This document shows positions 23,745-36,009 of a stretch of DNA of 64,000 nt, piece after piece. Origin of the DNA: Geosiphon pyriformis uo1. Lineage: Eukaryota; Fungi; Glomeromycota. The DNA is taken from NCBI GenBank assembly GCA_016748015.1, contig JAAOMT010000299.1, forward strand, positions 1 through 64,000. Direction: 5' to 3'. The notes beneath the pieces are model-generated. The model did no database searches and was not told the origin of the DNA. It was given only the letters and a program-made list of their open reading frames with translations. Each line of letters opens with the position of its first letter. Position 1 is the first letter of the stretch. A program made the translations under genes and the position numbers.

Positions 23745-26157
23745 CCATTAGTCCTTGGGAAATAACTGACTCTGAGAAAGAGAAGAGTAATGATCAGGAA
23801 ACTAGCAAACAAAACCCAATTCTAGAAAATTCAGAAATTAAAACTCTGGTTAATCAAACTCCAGAAAATCAAAATGATCAAAACTCCGATGTAATTAATT
23901 AACAAAACTTATCTCCAATAATTGAGATCAATTCACCACTTATCCCACCAATTGCTGAACAGCAACAACAGCTACAATCACTATCCCAACAACAAATCCA
24001 GCAGCAACCACAACAACAACCAATGACCTATGCTCCAATTGCCAAAATAGAAAAATTTACTGGCAAAGAGAATGACATCCAAGTATGACTCAATAATGTA
24101 GAAAAAGCCATCATAACCAATAGATAGAACAATGACAGAGCCTTTCAAGCAATTTTCTATTTTCTATAAGATACTGCTGACTCATGGTATTAGAATTTAG
24201 CCACTAAACCTCAAACATTCTAGGAATTTAAAATTGCATTCTTGGAATATTTCAGTAATAATAACAGTATTAATTGTCTAGTCAACGCCTTTACTACAAT
24301 TAAATAGGGAAAAACTGAAGCAGTTACCACTTACTTGAGACACTTCCACAGGAACTTGTGCCAAATTCAAGCAATTCAAGCTGACTATTTTACAGTGCCA
24401 CAGATTCTAAACCAGTTCATCCATGGACTGCACAGTAGTCTTTTCTAATGTGTATGCCCAATGCATCCACAAACTCTCCAAGACACAGTCACTAATACAA
24501 AAAATTTTGAATTGGCAGAACTTGAAGCAAACTATGCTCAAGCTGTTAACCTAGTCATGAATAGATCATCTGACTTGGATTCCAAATTAAAACAACTCAG
24601 TGATTCAATTAATCAGAAATTGGAAGGATACTTAGTTGACAATCACACAATTTATCAACCACTACAATGATGCAATAATTCAGGAAACACAAATTATTTC
24701 CAAAATCAGTTGCATCCATCATCATCTTCAAATCAGCCATAGCAACAAAAGATGCATGTCTGCCATAACTGTAGTAAACAAGGCCATATTAGAGCTGACT
24801 GCTGATTTTATAGTAATAATTCACAATTGGGAAATCAATATCAAAACCCTGATCACTGGTTTCAAGCTCCAAGTTATCAACCCAGCTCAGCACCATATCA
24901 ACTGAATTACCTACCTATAATGCAACAGCCAATATATTAACCACCAATTTATCAGCCCTCAGTATCTGTCATTTATCAAACACAGTCCCAACCCATCTAT
25001 CAGTCACAGTCTCAAATAATCTATCAACTCCAACAAATTCAAACACCACCACAAAACTTATCTCAAAATGGAACCCAAAGGCCAAAACTGACACAACAAA
25101 GCTGGAGATTGTCGATAATAGTCTATCAACCAATCTTTAGTTCTTTTATGCATCTATCTGGATTATGACAACAGAATTTGAACACTGGATACACCCAAAA
25201 CCTGAGTTCCCAGAACTATTTAAGTCTCTTGGTTACCCCAGAAAACATCTTATCTGATAACGTAGATATTCACCAAACACAGCCACTTACCAGTAACATT
25301 CTACCAGCCACCAGTACCGAAGACAAATCACTAGTCACTATATTCCCTTTTGATCTTGACAAAATTACACCAGTCCTATTATTTAGTGGAGTCACTCTTA
25401 ACACCAAACCAATTACAGCCATGTATATCAATGCTAAAGTCAATGATCAACCTATCAAGCTTATCTTTGATAGTGAGTTAGCAGGCAGCATAATCACATA
25501 ACAACTCATGAACCAATTAGATTGCCGAGTTGATCATGCTGCCAGTGCCAAGATTATTATGGCTAATAGAGCTACAAAAACTTCTATTGGCAAGATCGAT
25601 GACTTCTCTTTTAAAGTCAATGGCATCATTATAACAATTAAAGTTCTAATAATGAAAGCCACTCAATACTAGGCACTCATTGGCAATGATTGGCTGTCTA
25701 AAACAAATGCAACTCTTGATTGGACTACACAAGAGCTTTAACTGAGCCAGAATGGTTGACACACATGTGTACCAGCCATGTGTGATTATTTCAAAATAAC
25801 TACCACATCAGCACCACTAATTGAGCTTAAAAAAGAAAAAGAAAACCCTATTTGGAAAACATATTAAGTTTTATGGGCTGACAATGAGCACAATAAATTA
25901 CTACCAGTGCCTTTATAAGATTACTAAGAAAAGGGAAAGCAAAGAGAGGAACCTACATGGAATAACGATCAAACTTGGAGAACCAACAATGATCAGGATA
26001 AACTATTAACAACCTAGGAATGAAAAAAAGATAATATTAAAGGGAAAGGAAAAGAAAAAAAAGAAAATTCAACACCAAACCCCATTTACTCTATATATAC
26101 TTACATACCACCACAACCAAACTATTATTAACCAAAGCTTATATACAGCAATTGCAG
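23745..26157 (+). pseudogene. gag: Element B gag - CCHC - protease (part 2)
   Basis: MTYAPIAKIEKF capsid start, CHNCSKQGHIRADC knuckle, AMYINAKVNDQPIKLIFDS. Confidence 0.88.
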
Positions 26158-27143
26158 TGTTACTGAAGGTTTTTGGTCTCTTTTCTGTAATGTTGTTGAT
26201 ACTTATTTGCTGTGAATTCACGTTTTCTGGGTGTGGTTGAACCTCCAGTAACTGAATTTTTAACTTTAAATTATCTCCTATAATTTGAACTTGCTGGGCT
26301 TATGAGTGGAATGGCCAATTCCGTGCCAGTTGCTTTATGTAGTTATGTTGTAGTAAACGTCAACTCTTTTCCAGGAATTGCTCGTCTGGAAGCTCACTAA
26401 AAATGTGTAGTTACTTTGCTGTGAAAGTCAACTCTTCTACAGGAATCTCATCTGTAGGCTACCCTAATGATTGTAATAAGAAAATAAAAGAAAAATAAAA
26501 GAAATGTAAAAGAAATAGAATTCTGTCAAGGGAAACGTTTTCTATTCAGGCCTGGAGTCACTAACAGTTTACTGAAATTGGTAGCTAATTAATTTCGAAA
26601 TGTTAGTTGGGTTTTGGGGATTTTTCCAAGTGCAATAATTAAAGAATTTGGTTTTTCGAATTTATTTGATATTTATTTCTTTTTGTGTGTATAGGAATGG
26701 TTCTAAGAGATAAATCTAAAGTAAGATACATTTTCTCAAAGAGAGAAGCTTTTCTTTTATACAACTTGTCATAACACTATTCTATGAACTTGAACTTTGC
26801 TATTTTCTACAATTTTGCTGAACTAAAGATACATTTTGGCGAACTACAAGTTATTTCTGCAAACTTATTAGATATTTTGGTGATCTATCAATTATTTCGG
26901 CGAATTTCTATAAATTTCGGCAAACTTTTGAATGTTACATAGTTTGGGGTATTGCATGATTGATCATCGCAATTAGGTTACATTTGTGTTGTGTACAATT
27001 TGGGTTATTAATTAAATGATAATTTCAGACATTTTTTGCTAATGTAATAAGTAATCATTTGAAACAATAATATATGCTAATTAATGATAGAAATTATAAG
27101 ATAGTTTCATGCTAAATGATATCTCTAATTTCGTCTAGTAACA
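26158..27143 (-). repeat. 3' LTR of D1
   Basis: Direct repeat of 35024-36009. Confidence 0.95.
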
Positions 27144-27177
27144 TAACCTTCTCTTCAAGACTGAGCTCCATCGAAGT

Positions 27178-27831
27178 TCAAGTACTGTCTGTTATTTCCA
27201 GATAATAATCCAAAATTATTGAAGAAATTTGGTCTGAAAATTGTTGAAATTTCAGTTCTGTGAGCTTTTCAATGTATTGAATCTTCAAAAGTTGAAAAAT
27301 TGGGTTTTGTAGTATGTTTTCACAGGTGTGGAATAGGTTATAAAGTCTAAGAGCAGCTCTAAGCCTGTAGTGACTGTTTGTTGATCCAGCTGTTGTCTTG
27401 AATTCATTGTGGAGTTGTTTCTGAATAGCTTCTTTTGTGAGGTTTGCTGTTGTAAGTTCCAGTTTCCATTCGTAGAGTGTTTTTCCAATGTGAAAGTATC
27501 TATAAATTGGAGGATATTCAGTGTTTTTCTCATTGAGACACAGTTGAAGTTTTTGTTGAATTGTAGCATTTGGTGGAATACTAATCAGAGTGAGCATTAG
27601 GTTTTCTCTTAAAGCAAGCTTTAAAAGTTCTGGCAGGTGAATTCCAGTATAACTTCTTGTGTTCTTTTTATATGGGTAATATTTTCGTGAATTTGGGGCT
27701 AAATTTGTAACTACTTCTGTTTGGGTATAATTTATGTGGTTTCCAGTAACAGTAATGGATAATTTGGGTATTGTTTTTAAAGCTAACATTAGTTTTTGGG
27801 ATAATTGTTGAATGTTTTGAGGAATAGTCAT
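27178..27831 (-). CDS. D1 ORF3, open env-position ORF of unknown function
   Basis: About 217 uninterrupted codons between integrase and PPT, with homologs in B, C1, E1 and D2. Confidence 0.82.
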   Translation of the reverse strand: MTIPQNIQQLSQKLMLALKTIPKLSITVTGNHINYTQTEVVTNLAPNSRKYYPYKKNTRSYTGIHLPELLKLALRENLMLTLISIPPNATIQQKLQLCLNEKNTEYPPIYRYFHIGKTLYEWKLELTTANLTKEAIQKQLHNEFKTTAGSTNSHYRLRAALRLYNLFHTCENILQNPIFQLLKIQYIEKLTELKFQQFSDQISSIILDYYLEITDST

Positions 27832-27947
27832 TATAAGCAATTGAAAAAAATAAAAATTATTTTTGGTGTATGGGTTTTTATGTTATTTTTGTTTTTGTTT
27901 TTGTGAGATTGTTTCTAAATTATAAGAGAATAACTAGTAAAATTAAA

Positions 27948-29333
27948 TTAAGTGTTCAGATTGGAAGGTTGTTCAATGACAACTATTGGTTCTAAGTTTT
28001 GGAGAATATCTTCGGGACTGACCAAAGTGGAATGTGTACCAATTTGTGGAATTAATGGTTCAGGATTGTTTCTGAAATGATAGTGTTTCAAATGATCTCC
28101 ATGTGCAACTTTTGCTAGGATTTTGTCATCAAGTCTTAGCTTGTATGATCCGTTGCCTAGGACTTCATGGATAAAGAATGGTCCATCCCATTTATTTTCA
28201 AATTTTCCACTCTATTGTTTTTTAGCTTTAGTTCTGTGTAAGAAAACTTTATTTCCAATTTTCAATTTATTGGTGACTGAAGGCAATTTGTCATTATGCT
28301 GTTCTTTTTGTTGAGCTTGGGAGTGTTCAATATGAGTGGCTGCTATTCGTCGTTTTTCTTCCAATGTGTTAAGCAGAGTGTAGGCTCTTTGCTGAAGCAT
28401 TTCTTGGAAATTGTTTTCATTGATTGGTTGTGCTGGGTATGTTTCCACTGTGAAACTAATTGGTAACATTGCTGTCCTTCCATAAGTTAAATCAAATAGT
28501 GTGTGTTTTGTGGTATCTTGTTTTAATGTCCTATATGCTAATAACACTGATGGAATAAAAAGATCCCATTTTTGCTCAAAATTGGTTGAGACTTTGGTTA
28601 ATGACTCACACAATGTTCTGTTAAAACATTCCACAAATCTGTTTGTTTGTGGATGGTAGGGCAAAGACAGAGGTCTTTTGACATTGAATCATTCACAAAT
28701 TTCTTGTATCAGGTTGTTCACAAAGTGTGTTCCCTAATCGGATAAATGTTCAATTGGACATCTATGTCTACAAATGATGTCTTTGTAGATGAAATTTGCT
28801 ACTGATTTTGTATCTGCTCATTGAATGGCTCTGGCTTCAGGCCATTTAGTAAGATAGTCTACAGCTACTGCAATATAACGGTTTTCTTGAGTGGTGATAG
28901 ATAGTGGTCCGACTAAATTGATACCAATTCTGTCAAAAGACTGTTTAACTTTGATTGGATTTAAAGGTTCTGTAGGGCAAGTTCCTTCTCTTCTTTAACA
29001 ACTATCACAAGATTTGATATATTTGTGAATGTTTTTTCTTATTTGAGGCCAAAAGTAGTATTCTAGTGTTTTTTGGGTGGTGCTATCTTTTCTGAAGTGT
29101 GCTGATAAAGAATCTGAGTGCATATTGTATAAAATGGTCTCTTTTTCCTGTTTTTGTATTAATCTGAGTAGTTTGGTTGGGTTTTTGAAATTTCAATGAT
29201 AGATAATATTGTTGTGTAGAAAATATTGTTTGGCTTGTTGTTGTAACTGATGTTTTTCGTCTGGGGACCAATCTGTTGGGATTGTTAATGTCTCTAAATA
29301 TTGTTTGAGATTGTTGTAGTTTTCGGAGTTCAT
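27948..29333 (-). pseudogene. D1 integrase (separate ORF)
   Basis: Starts MNSENY. PYHPQTN, WDLFIPSVLLAYRT, GPF motif, LEPIVVIEQ C-terminus. Confidence 0.9.
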
Positions 29334-29358
29334 TGTTTGTTGTTTTGATGCTGTTAAT

Positions 29359-32300
29359 TCAAATGGGTGTTGGTTTTGTTTTCCAATTTTGCTTCATTCT
29401 TGAGAGACAATCAACATTGGTGTGGAGTTTTCCTAGTTTGTGGTGTACGATGTATTGGTAATTAGCTAAAAATCCTGTCCATCGAGTTTGTTTTGCATTC
29501 AGCTGGGTGTTTTTGTTTTGAAGCCATTTAAGTCCAATATTATCAGTGATAATATCGAATTCTTTGGGTTTGAAATAAAGGTTGAAGTGATATAGAGCCC
29601 AGATTACTGCTGCGGTTTTTAATTCTGTTGTAGGGTAGTTCTTTTCAGCTGGCTTTAATGTTCTACTAGCATAAGCAATTACTTGCTCATTTCCATTGTC
29701 ATCTAACTGTGATAGGATGGCACCAAAGGCAGTATAAGAGGCGTCAGTTGCTAACCAGAATCAGTTGCTGAAATCTGGGTAGGCAAGGATTGGAGCTGTT
29801 GTGAGTTTTTCTTTAAGTATCTCGAAGGCATTTTGGTGTTCTTCTGTCCATTTGTATTCGACATTTTTAGTAGTGAGCTGGTTGAGGGGTTTTGCAATTT
29901 CTGAGAATTCTTTGATGAATTTTCGGTAATAGGATGCTAATCCAATAAATCCTCTTAATTCTGTGGTATTTTATGGAGTCTTGAAGTTCTTGACAGTACT
30001 GATTTTTCCAGGGTCTGGTTTAATTCCATCTTTGCTAACAATGTGACCAAGAAAAGCTAAACTTGTTTTTCCGAAGTAGTATTTTTCAATGTTCAGTTTC
30101 AATCCTGTTTTCCGTAATCATTGAAAAACTTCTCGCAGGTGAATTAAATGTAGCTCGAAAGATGGTGAATAAACATCAGTGTCATCAAGATAAACTACTA
30201 CAGATTTCCAAAGGAGGCCTTTGTAAACAACATCTATGAGTCTTTGGAATGTTGCTGGTGCATTGCATAATCCGAAAGGCATTACGTTGAACTTGTAATT
30301 TCCTTCTTGAGTGGTGAATGCTGTTTTGGGGTGGTCTTTGAGATCCATAGCAACTTGCCAGTATCCACTTTCTAAATCTAATGTTGAAAAGTATTTGGAC
30401 TTTCTAAGAGCATCTAACATGTCATCAATTTAAGGAAGAGGGTAGACATCCCCAATGGTGACACTGTTGAGTTGTCGGTAATCAACACAAAATTATATCT
30501 TTCCATTTTTCTTTTTAACTAGGACCACAGATAAGGCCCATGGGCTTATTGATGGTTGAATAAGCCCATTGTTAAGCATCCGTTGTACTTCTTCTCGGAT
30601 AAATTGGTGACTTTCTGGGACAACTCGGTAGACTTGTTGTCGCCTTGGTTTGGCATCTCCTGTATAGATTTGGTGTTAAACCAGTTCTTCCTAAGTCATT
30701 GTTGTTTTCGGCAAAGATGTCAGCAAATTCTGCAATTAGCTCTTTGAGCTGGATCTGTTGTTGTGGTTCAAATTGTCCCATGTTGATTTGAGATAGTTTT
30801 TCCATGACAACATGGTAGTTTTTGGAGCTGGGGTTTGGGTTGGTTTTTGGTATTGAATGTCCAATAATTTCAGAGAAATCAGGAACTATTTGGGATAATT
30901 CTTGTTGAAATATATTACTGTGAATAACTCCAATTTCTAAATTATTTAATAAAATTATGGGGTAATTATTGGGGTTGTAAAAAGTAACTCAGACTTTCTT
31001 TGTTCCTTCTGGAATATAAATGTTTAGGATCAAAATATTATGTTCCAAGCAAACTTGTTTATTGGACTCAAAAATTTGTTGTGTGGTTGTTGGCTTTAGG
31101 CAGGTGTAGATTTCCGGATGTTCTCCAAAGGGTGAGATAGTAATCAGTTATGGAAGTCTGAGAATCTGGTAAGATTCATTCTGTGTGTTAAGAGCTATAT
31201 TAACTGGAACTGTGAATTGTCCAGTTGAACCAAAACCTTGAGTTCCTCTATCGCTTTTTTCTAATTGTTCTCTTTGATTGACTAGTTGCAAACCCGAAAT
31301 GTTGATTAAGGGTAGGTAAATAGCTTGGACAATTTTTTCAGCATGTTCAATCTTGAATGGTTTGTTAGTTTCATTTTGAAGCATCACTGTTATGTCTCCA
31401 GTATATCCGGCATCAATTATTTCTCCTCTGACATTGATTTTTTTGCTTGCCAGAGAGGACTGAAAGGCAATTTAAACCATTGCTCCTGGTGGGATTTCGA
31501 GTGCAATTTTGAGGTTGATTTTTGTGAGAGATTTGGGTTTGAGAACAAGAGTATCCTTGCCTGGATATCTTAGGTTATATCCAGCATCAATTTCGTGTGC
31601 TTTTTCCGGTTTTATTCCTTGTCCATTGTTGTTGAAGTATTTAAGTTGTAAGACAGGCTGATTTTTGATAAGGTAGATGGGTGTTGTTTCAATTTCTTCC
31701 GTTTCTTCAGGTTTTCCGAATTCAATTTCATTCTCATCATTTTCGCTGAGCAAGAAGATACTAAGAGCATAGTATTCAGGACACCATTGTTCATTACAAG
31801 GCATAATGCATTTTTCACATAGCCTAATGTTCATTTGCTCTAATTGTTGAATTTGAGCTTCTTGGGTCGGGTAGATGTGACTTGCAATTTGGTGGTAGGC
31901 TTCTACTTCATCTTCGTAATCGAATCCAGCTAATTCCATAGTGTATTCAATGTATTCTGCTTTCTTCATTTGACAAACATCTTCTTTGGTAGCTCCATTA
32001 ATTAATGCCATTGCTAAGTCAAAAATCATCTTGGCATCATGAGGGTAGTAATAAAGTTTGTTGAGAGCACTGTTGTATGCTGCATTAAAGGGTGTTCCTC
32101 TTTTTACTTTTTCTGAAATTGATAAAGCATATTGGCAGGTCTGATCGCAGACACCTCCTCTCATTGCTACATCAATTCAATTGCATTTTTCTGGTAGCAT
32201 ATCTGCATAAATCAAACAAGGGGTGTTGTCCCATTTTCCACTCCTTTTTATTAGATGGCTCCATCACTCTCTGTGGCAAGCCTTGCAGTAATAACAAGTA

Positions 32301-34981
32301 TGATTCTCATATTCTTCTTCAGGTGAAATGCAGGCTCCTATTGACGATAGTTTCTTGTGGCAGTCCTTACATTTAAGGGGAATATAAGGGCATTGTTTCC
32401 TTGGTTTGGGTTTTAAATAAGATATATTCCATTCAGAGGTTTTGGGTTTAGTGTGTGGGGTAAAATGTTCTTGTTCTGTTTCATCGGCCCAGTTGGACGT
32501 TGATCCAAGAGCCATGAATGTTTTAATTATTGGTTTTTTTTCTTCTGGTTCAAATTCAAAAGCCGGGGCTTTTTCAGAGTGTTTGTTGAATGTTCTACAA
32601 ATGGCAGGTACCCGGGCGTGTTGTCCTTGGTAGGAGATTGTTAACTCTTGTGTTTCTTAATTCAGATTAGCATTGGCTTCTTGAAGCCAATCATTTCCAA
32701 CGAGAGCTTGGTACTGGGGTATGTCTATTACAAGAACTTTGACTGAAATGGTGATTCCATCAAGAGTGAATGGAAAATTGTCAATTTCTCCTACTGGGGT
32801 CTTTTTCATGCCATCAGCAGTGACAATTACTGTTTAAGCTGGTCGGTCGACATTTCTTTTCAACTGTTGCATTAACTGGTAAGTGATAATGCTTCCGGTG
32901 GATCCACTGTCTAGGATCAAGCAAATTGGCTTTCCTTTTACTTCAGCTTCTGTGTACATTGCAGTCATGGCTTTTTGCTCATTAGCTGCTGCATTGCTAA
33001 GCAAGAATGGTGATTCATTTGCTTCAAATTCGAAAGGAAAGATATCAGAGAGATTGGTGTTTTCAGCAATTTGGGCTGGTGGAATAGTGGTGTGGTTATG
33101 AGAAGGGTTTTGTTGTTGTTGTGCTGTAGCTCTACCTTCCGAGAGTTCAGTATGGTGGAAATCCTGTTCTTCCGGCATTGTTAAATAACTGGGTTGAGTG
33201 TGGTAGTGGTTGGGTCTTGGTTGAGTGGTATTTCAGGGAACCAATTGGTTGTTCAAACTGATTCTACTGTTGTTTACTTGGTATTGGTTTTGTGGTGTGA
33301 ATTGATTTTGTGTAATCAGTCTTTGAGCAGGTACTTGATAATGTTGTATGGGTGGTTGTTGGTATTGCTGTTGAATTGGTTGTGGGGTGGGCTGATAATA
33401 GTTATTTTGGTATTGGGGTTTTGGTGGATAGTAAGCTGGTGGTGATGGTTGATAATAAGATTGCTGTGGTGGAAAGTAACATTAATTACCCCTATTTTGT
33501 TGGTCTCGTTATAGCTTTCTGCAATCTCTTTTCCAGTGGCCAAAGATTCCACAGTAATGGCAATTCTGGGGCTGGTTATTGGAAAGTGGTGCAAAGTTAT
33601 TTTGATTTCGTTTTTGGGGTGGTTGATATCTTTGTTGTTGTTGGTTGGTAAAATAGTTTTCGATCTTCTTTATGAGTTAGTCAATTTTTTCCTCAGCTGC
33701 TGAGCTGGTTTCTCCGATTACCAAATTTACAAGTTTTGTATGATTGGCCTCTTTCATGGCCATTTCGTATCTTTTCACATGCTGTATAGCAGAGTTTAAA
33801 TCTTCTGGCATGTGTGGGCGAACCTTTTTAATTAGTTTATCTTTTAGACCAGTGATAAATTGATCCAAGATTTGAGCATCGGAATAATAATCATTTGTTT
33901 CGAGTTGGTGAATCCATCTGAGAAGTTTGTTGAATTTCTCAATATAAGTCATAACAAATTCGGAGGGTTCTTGTTTGATATTTCGAAAACAATTGCGAAG
34001 AGTGATGGAGGTATTATTGTCGGTGAACTGTTCAAGGAAGGCTGCTTTGAAAGCGTTCCAATCATTGAATGGGGTGGCCAGATTTTCAAACCATTCTCCT
34101 GCTGTTCCTTTGAGAAAGTATGGAATTGTTCTTAACATTCTGGTAACATTCCATCCATTTGCATCTCCAGCTTTAGTAACTTGGTCGAGCCATTCTTGAG
34201 GACTGGTCTCAATGTCTTCTTCATTAAAGTCAGGGATTTTTGTGATATATGTTGTCATTTCGTCTTCTTCGTTTTCACTGTCTATTGGTTTTTCTTCAGT
34301 TATTTCAGAGTTGTTTTCTTCATTTGCTGCTGTCTCAGAGTGTTCACTTTGATTTTTAGCTAGAAAATCAAGGAGATTGGAACTAGTTTGAAGGAGTTCT
34401 TGTTGTCTGGTGAGACTTTTGAGTAATGTAAAATCTTCTGGTCTTGTAAATTGATTCAAGGGTGAATTAGGTATTTGTGCTTGTGCAAGTGAAGCTGGAA
34501 AAGGTGTAATAGTAAGTGGAAGTTTTGAGCTGGTTCCTTGTTCAGGTGTTTGTAGATGTTTGAATGATATTTTGGGAGTATTGGGTGTTGTGTGAACAGA
34601 TTGGTTATCTTTTTGTCTTTTGTTGCTACTGGTTTCAGGTTCAGATTCGAGTTCAAAGGCAAATTGTGTGTTTGCAGGATATTTTTCTTTACAGAATCGA
34701 ATGATATTATAATTGAGTTCCTCAAAATAAGTAGCACAAGCTTCAGCACTAATGTTTTTTGATTCAGTGTTGGAATAGTGTAGTATGTTCTCAAGAAGAT
34801 CTCTTTTAACTGTTGTAATGTTATAGTTCCCAAAGAGGTAGTCGTTAATTTGATTTTCGATGTATTGAAAAAGTGTTTTCTTGAAAGCTATGATTCCGTC
34901 GCATATTTCAAATTGTTGTTTGCAGTGTGTGTAAATTGATTGATAGTACTCTAAGGTTGTGATGTCTGAGGTGGTCACCAC
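29359..34981 (-). pseudogene. pol: D1 Gag-Pol (leader-CA-CCHC-PR-Cys-rich-dUTPase-RT-RH)
   Basis: ORFs 33677-34981 (gag), 32834-33178 (LDSGS), 31148-32164 (dUTPase) and 30118-30420 (YLDD). Confidence 0.93.
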
Positions 34982-35023
34982 TTTGAATTTGTTGCTGTGT
35001 TATTTCCATGGGAGAGCACCAAA

Positions 35024-36009
35024 TGTTACTGAAGGTTTTTGGTCTCTTTTCTGTAATGTTGTTGATACTTATTTGCTGTGAATTCACGTTTTCTGGGTGT
35101 GGTTGAACCTTCAGTAACTGAATTTTTAACTTCAAATTATCTCCTATAATTTGAACTTGCTGGGCTTATGAGTAGAATGGCCAATTCCGTGCCAGTTGGT
35201 TTATGTAGTTACATTGTAGTAAATGTCAACTTTTTTCCAGGAATTGCTCGTCTGGAAGCTCACTAAAAATGTGTAGTTACTTTGCTGTGAAAGTCAACTC
35301 TTCTACAGGAATTTCGTCTGTAGGCTACCCTAATGATTGTAATAAGAAAATAAAAGAAAAATAAAAGAAATGTAAAAGAAATAGAATTCTGTCAAGAGAA
35401 ACGTTTTCTATCCAGGCCTGGAGTCACTAACAGTTTACTGAAATTGGTAGCTAATCAATTTCGAAATGTTAGTTGGGTTTTGGGGATTTTTCCAAGTGCA
35501 ATAATTAAAGAATTTGGTTTTTCGAATTTATTTGATATTTATTTTTTTTTGTGTATATAGGAATGGTTCTAAGAGATAAATCTAAAGTAAGATACATTTT
35601 CTCAAAGAGAGAAGCTCTTCTTTTATACAACTTGTCATAACACTATTCTATGAACTTGAACTTTGCTATTTTCTACAATTTCGCTGAACTAAAAATACAT
35701 TTTGGCGAACTACAAGTTATTTCTGCAAACTTATTAGATATTTCGGTGATCTATCAATTATTTCGGTGAATTTCTATAAATTTCAGCGAACTTTTGAATG
35801 TTACATAGTTTGGGGTATTGCATAATTGATCATTGCAATTAGGTTACATTTGTGTTGTGTACAATTTGGGTTATTAATTAAATGATAATTTCAGACATTC
35901 TTTGCTAATGTAATAAGTGATAATTTGAAATGATAATATATGCTAATTAATGATAGGAATTATAAGATAGTTTCATGCTAAATGATATCTCTAATTTCGT
36001 CTGGTAATA
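35024..36009 (-). repeat. 5' LTR of D1
   Basis: Direct repeat of 26158-27143, with the PBS adjacent at about 35005-35021. Confidence 0.95.

Larger units (their letters stand above)
26158..36009 (-). mobile_element. Element D1: full-length, uninterrupted Ty3/Gypsy element (about 9.85 kb)
   Basis: LTRs 26158-27143 and 35024-36009, PBS TGGTGCTCTCCC, PPT GAAGAGAAGG. Flanks GCAG/GTGG reconstruct to GCGG. Confidence 0.96.

Noticed and set aside
27178-27840. Calling ORF3 env
   Set aside because: Short, with no visible signal peptide, furin site or transmembrane helix.
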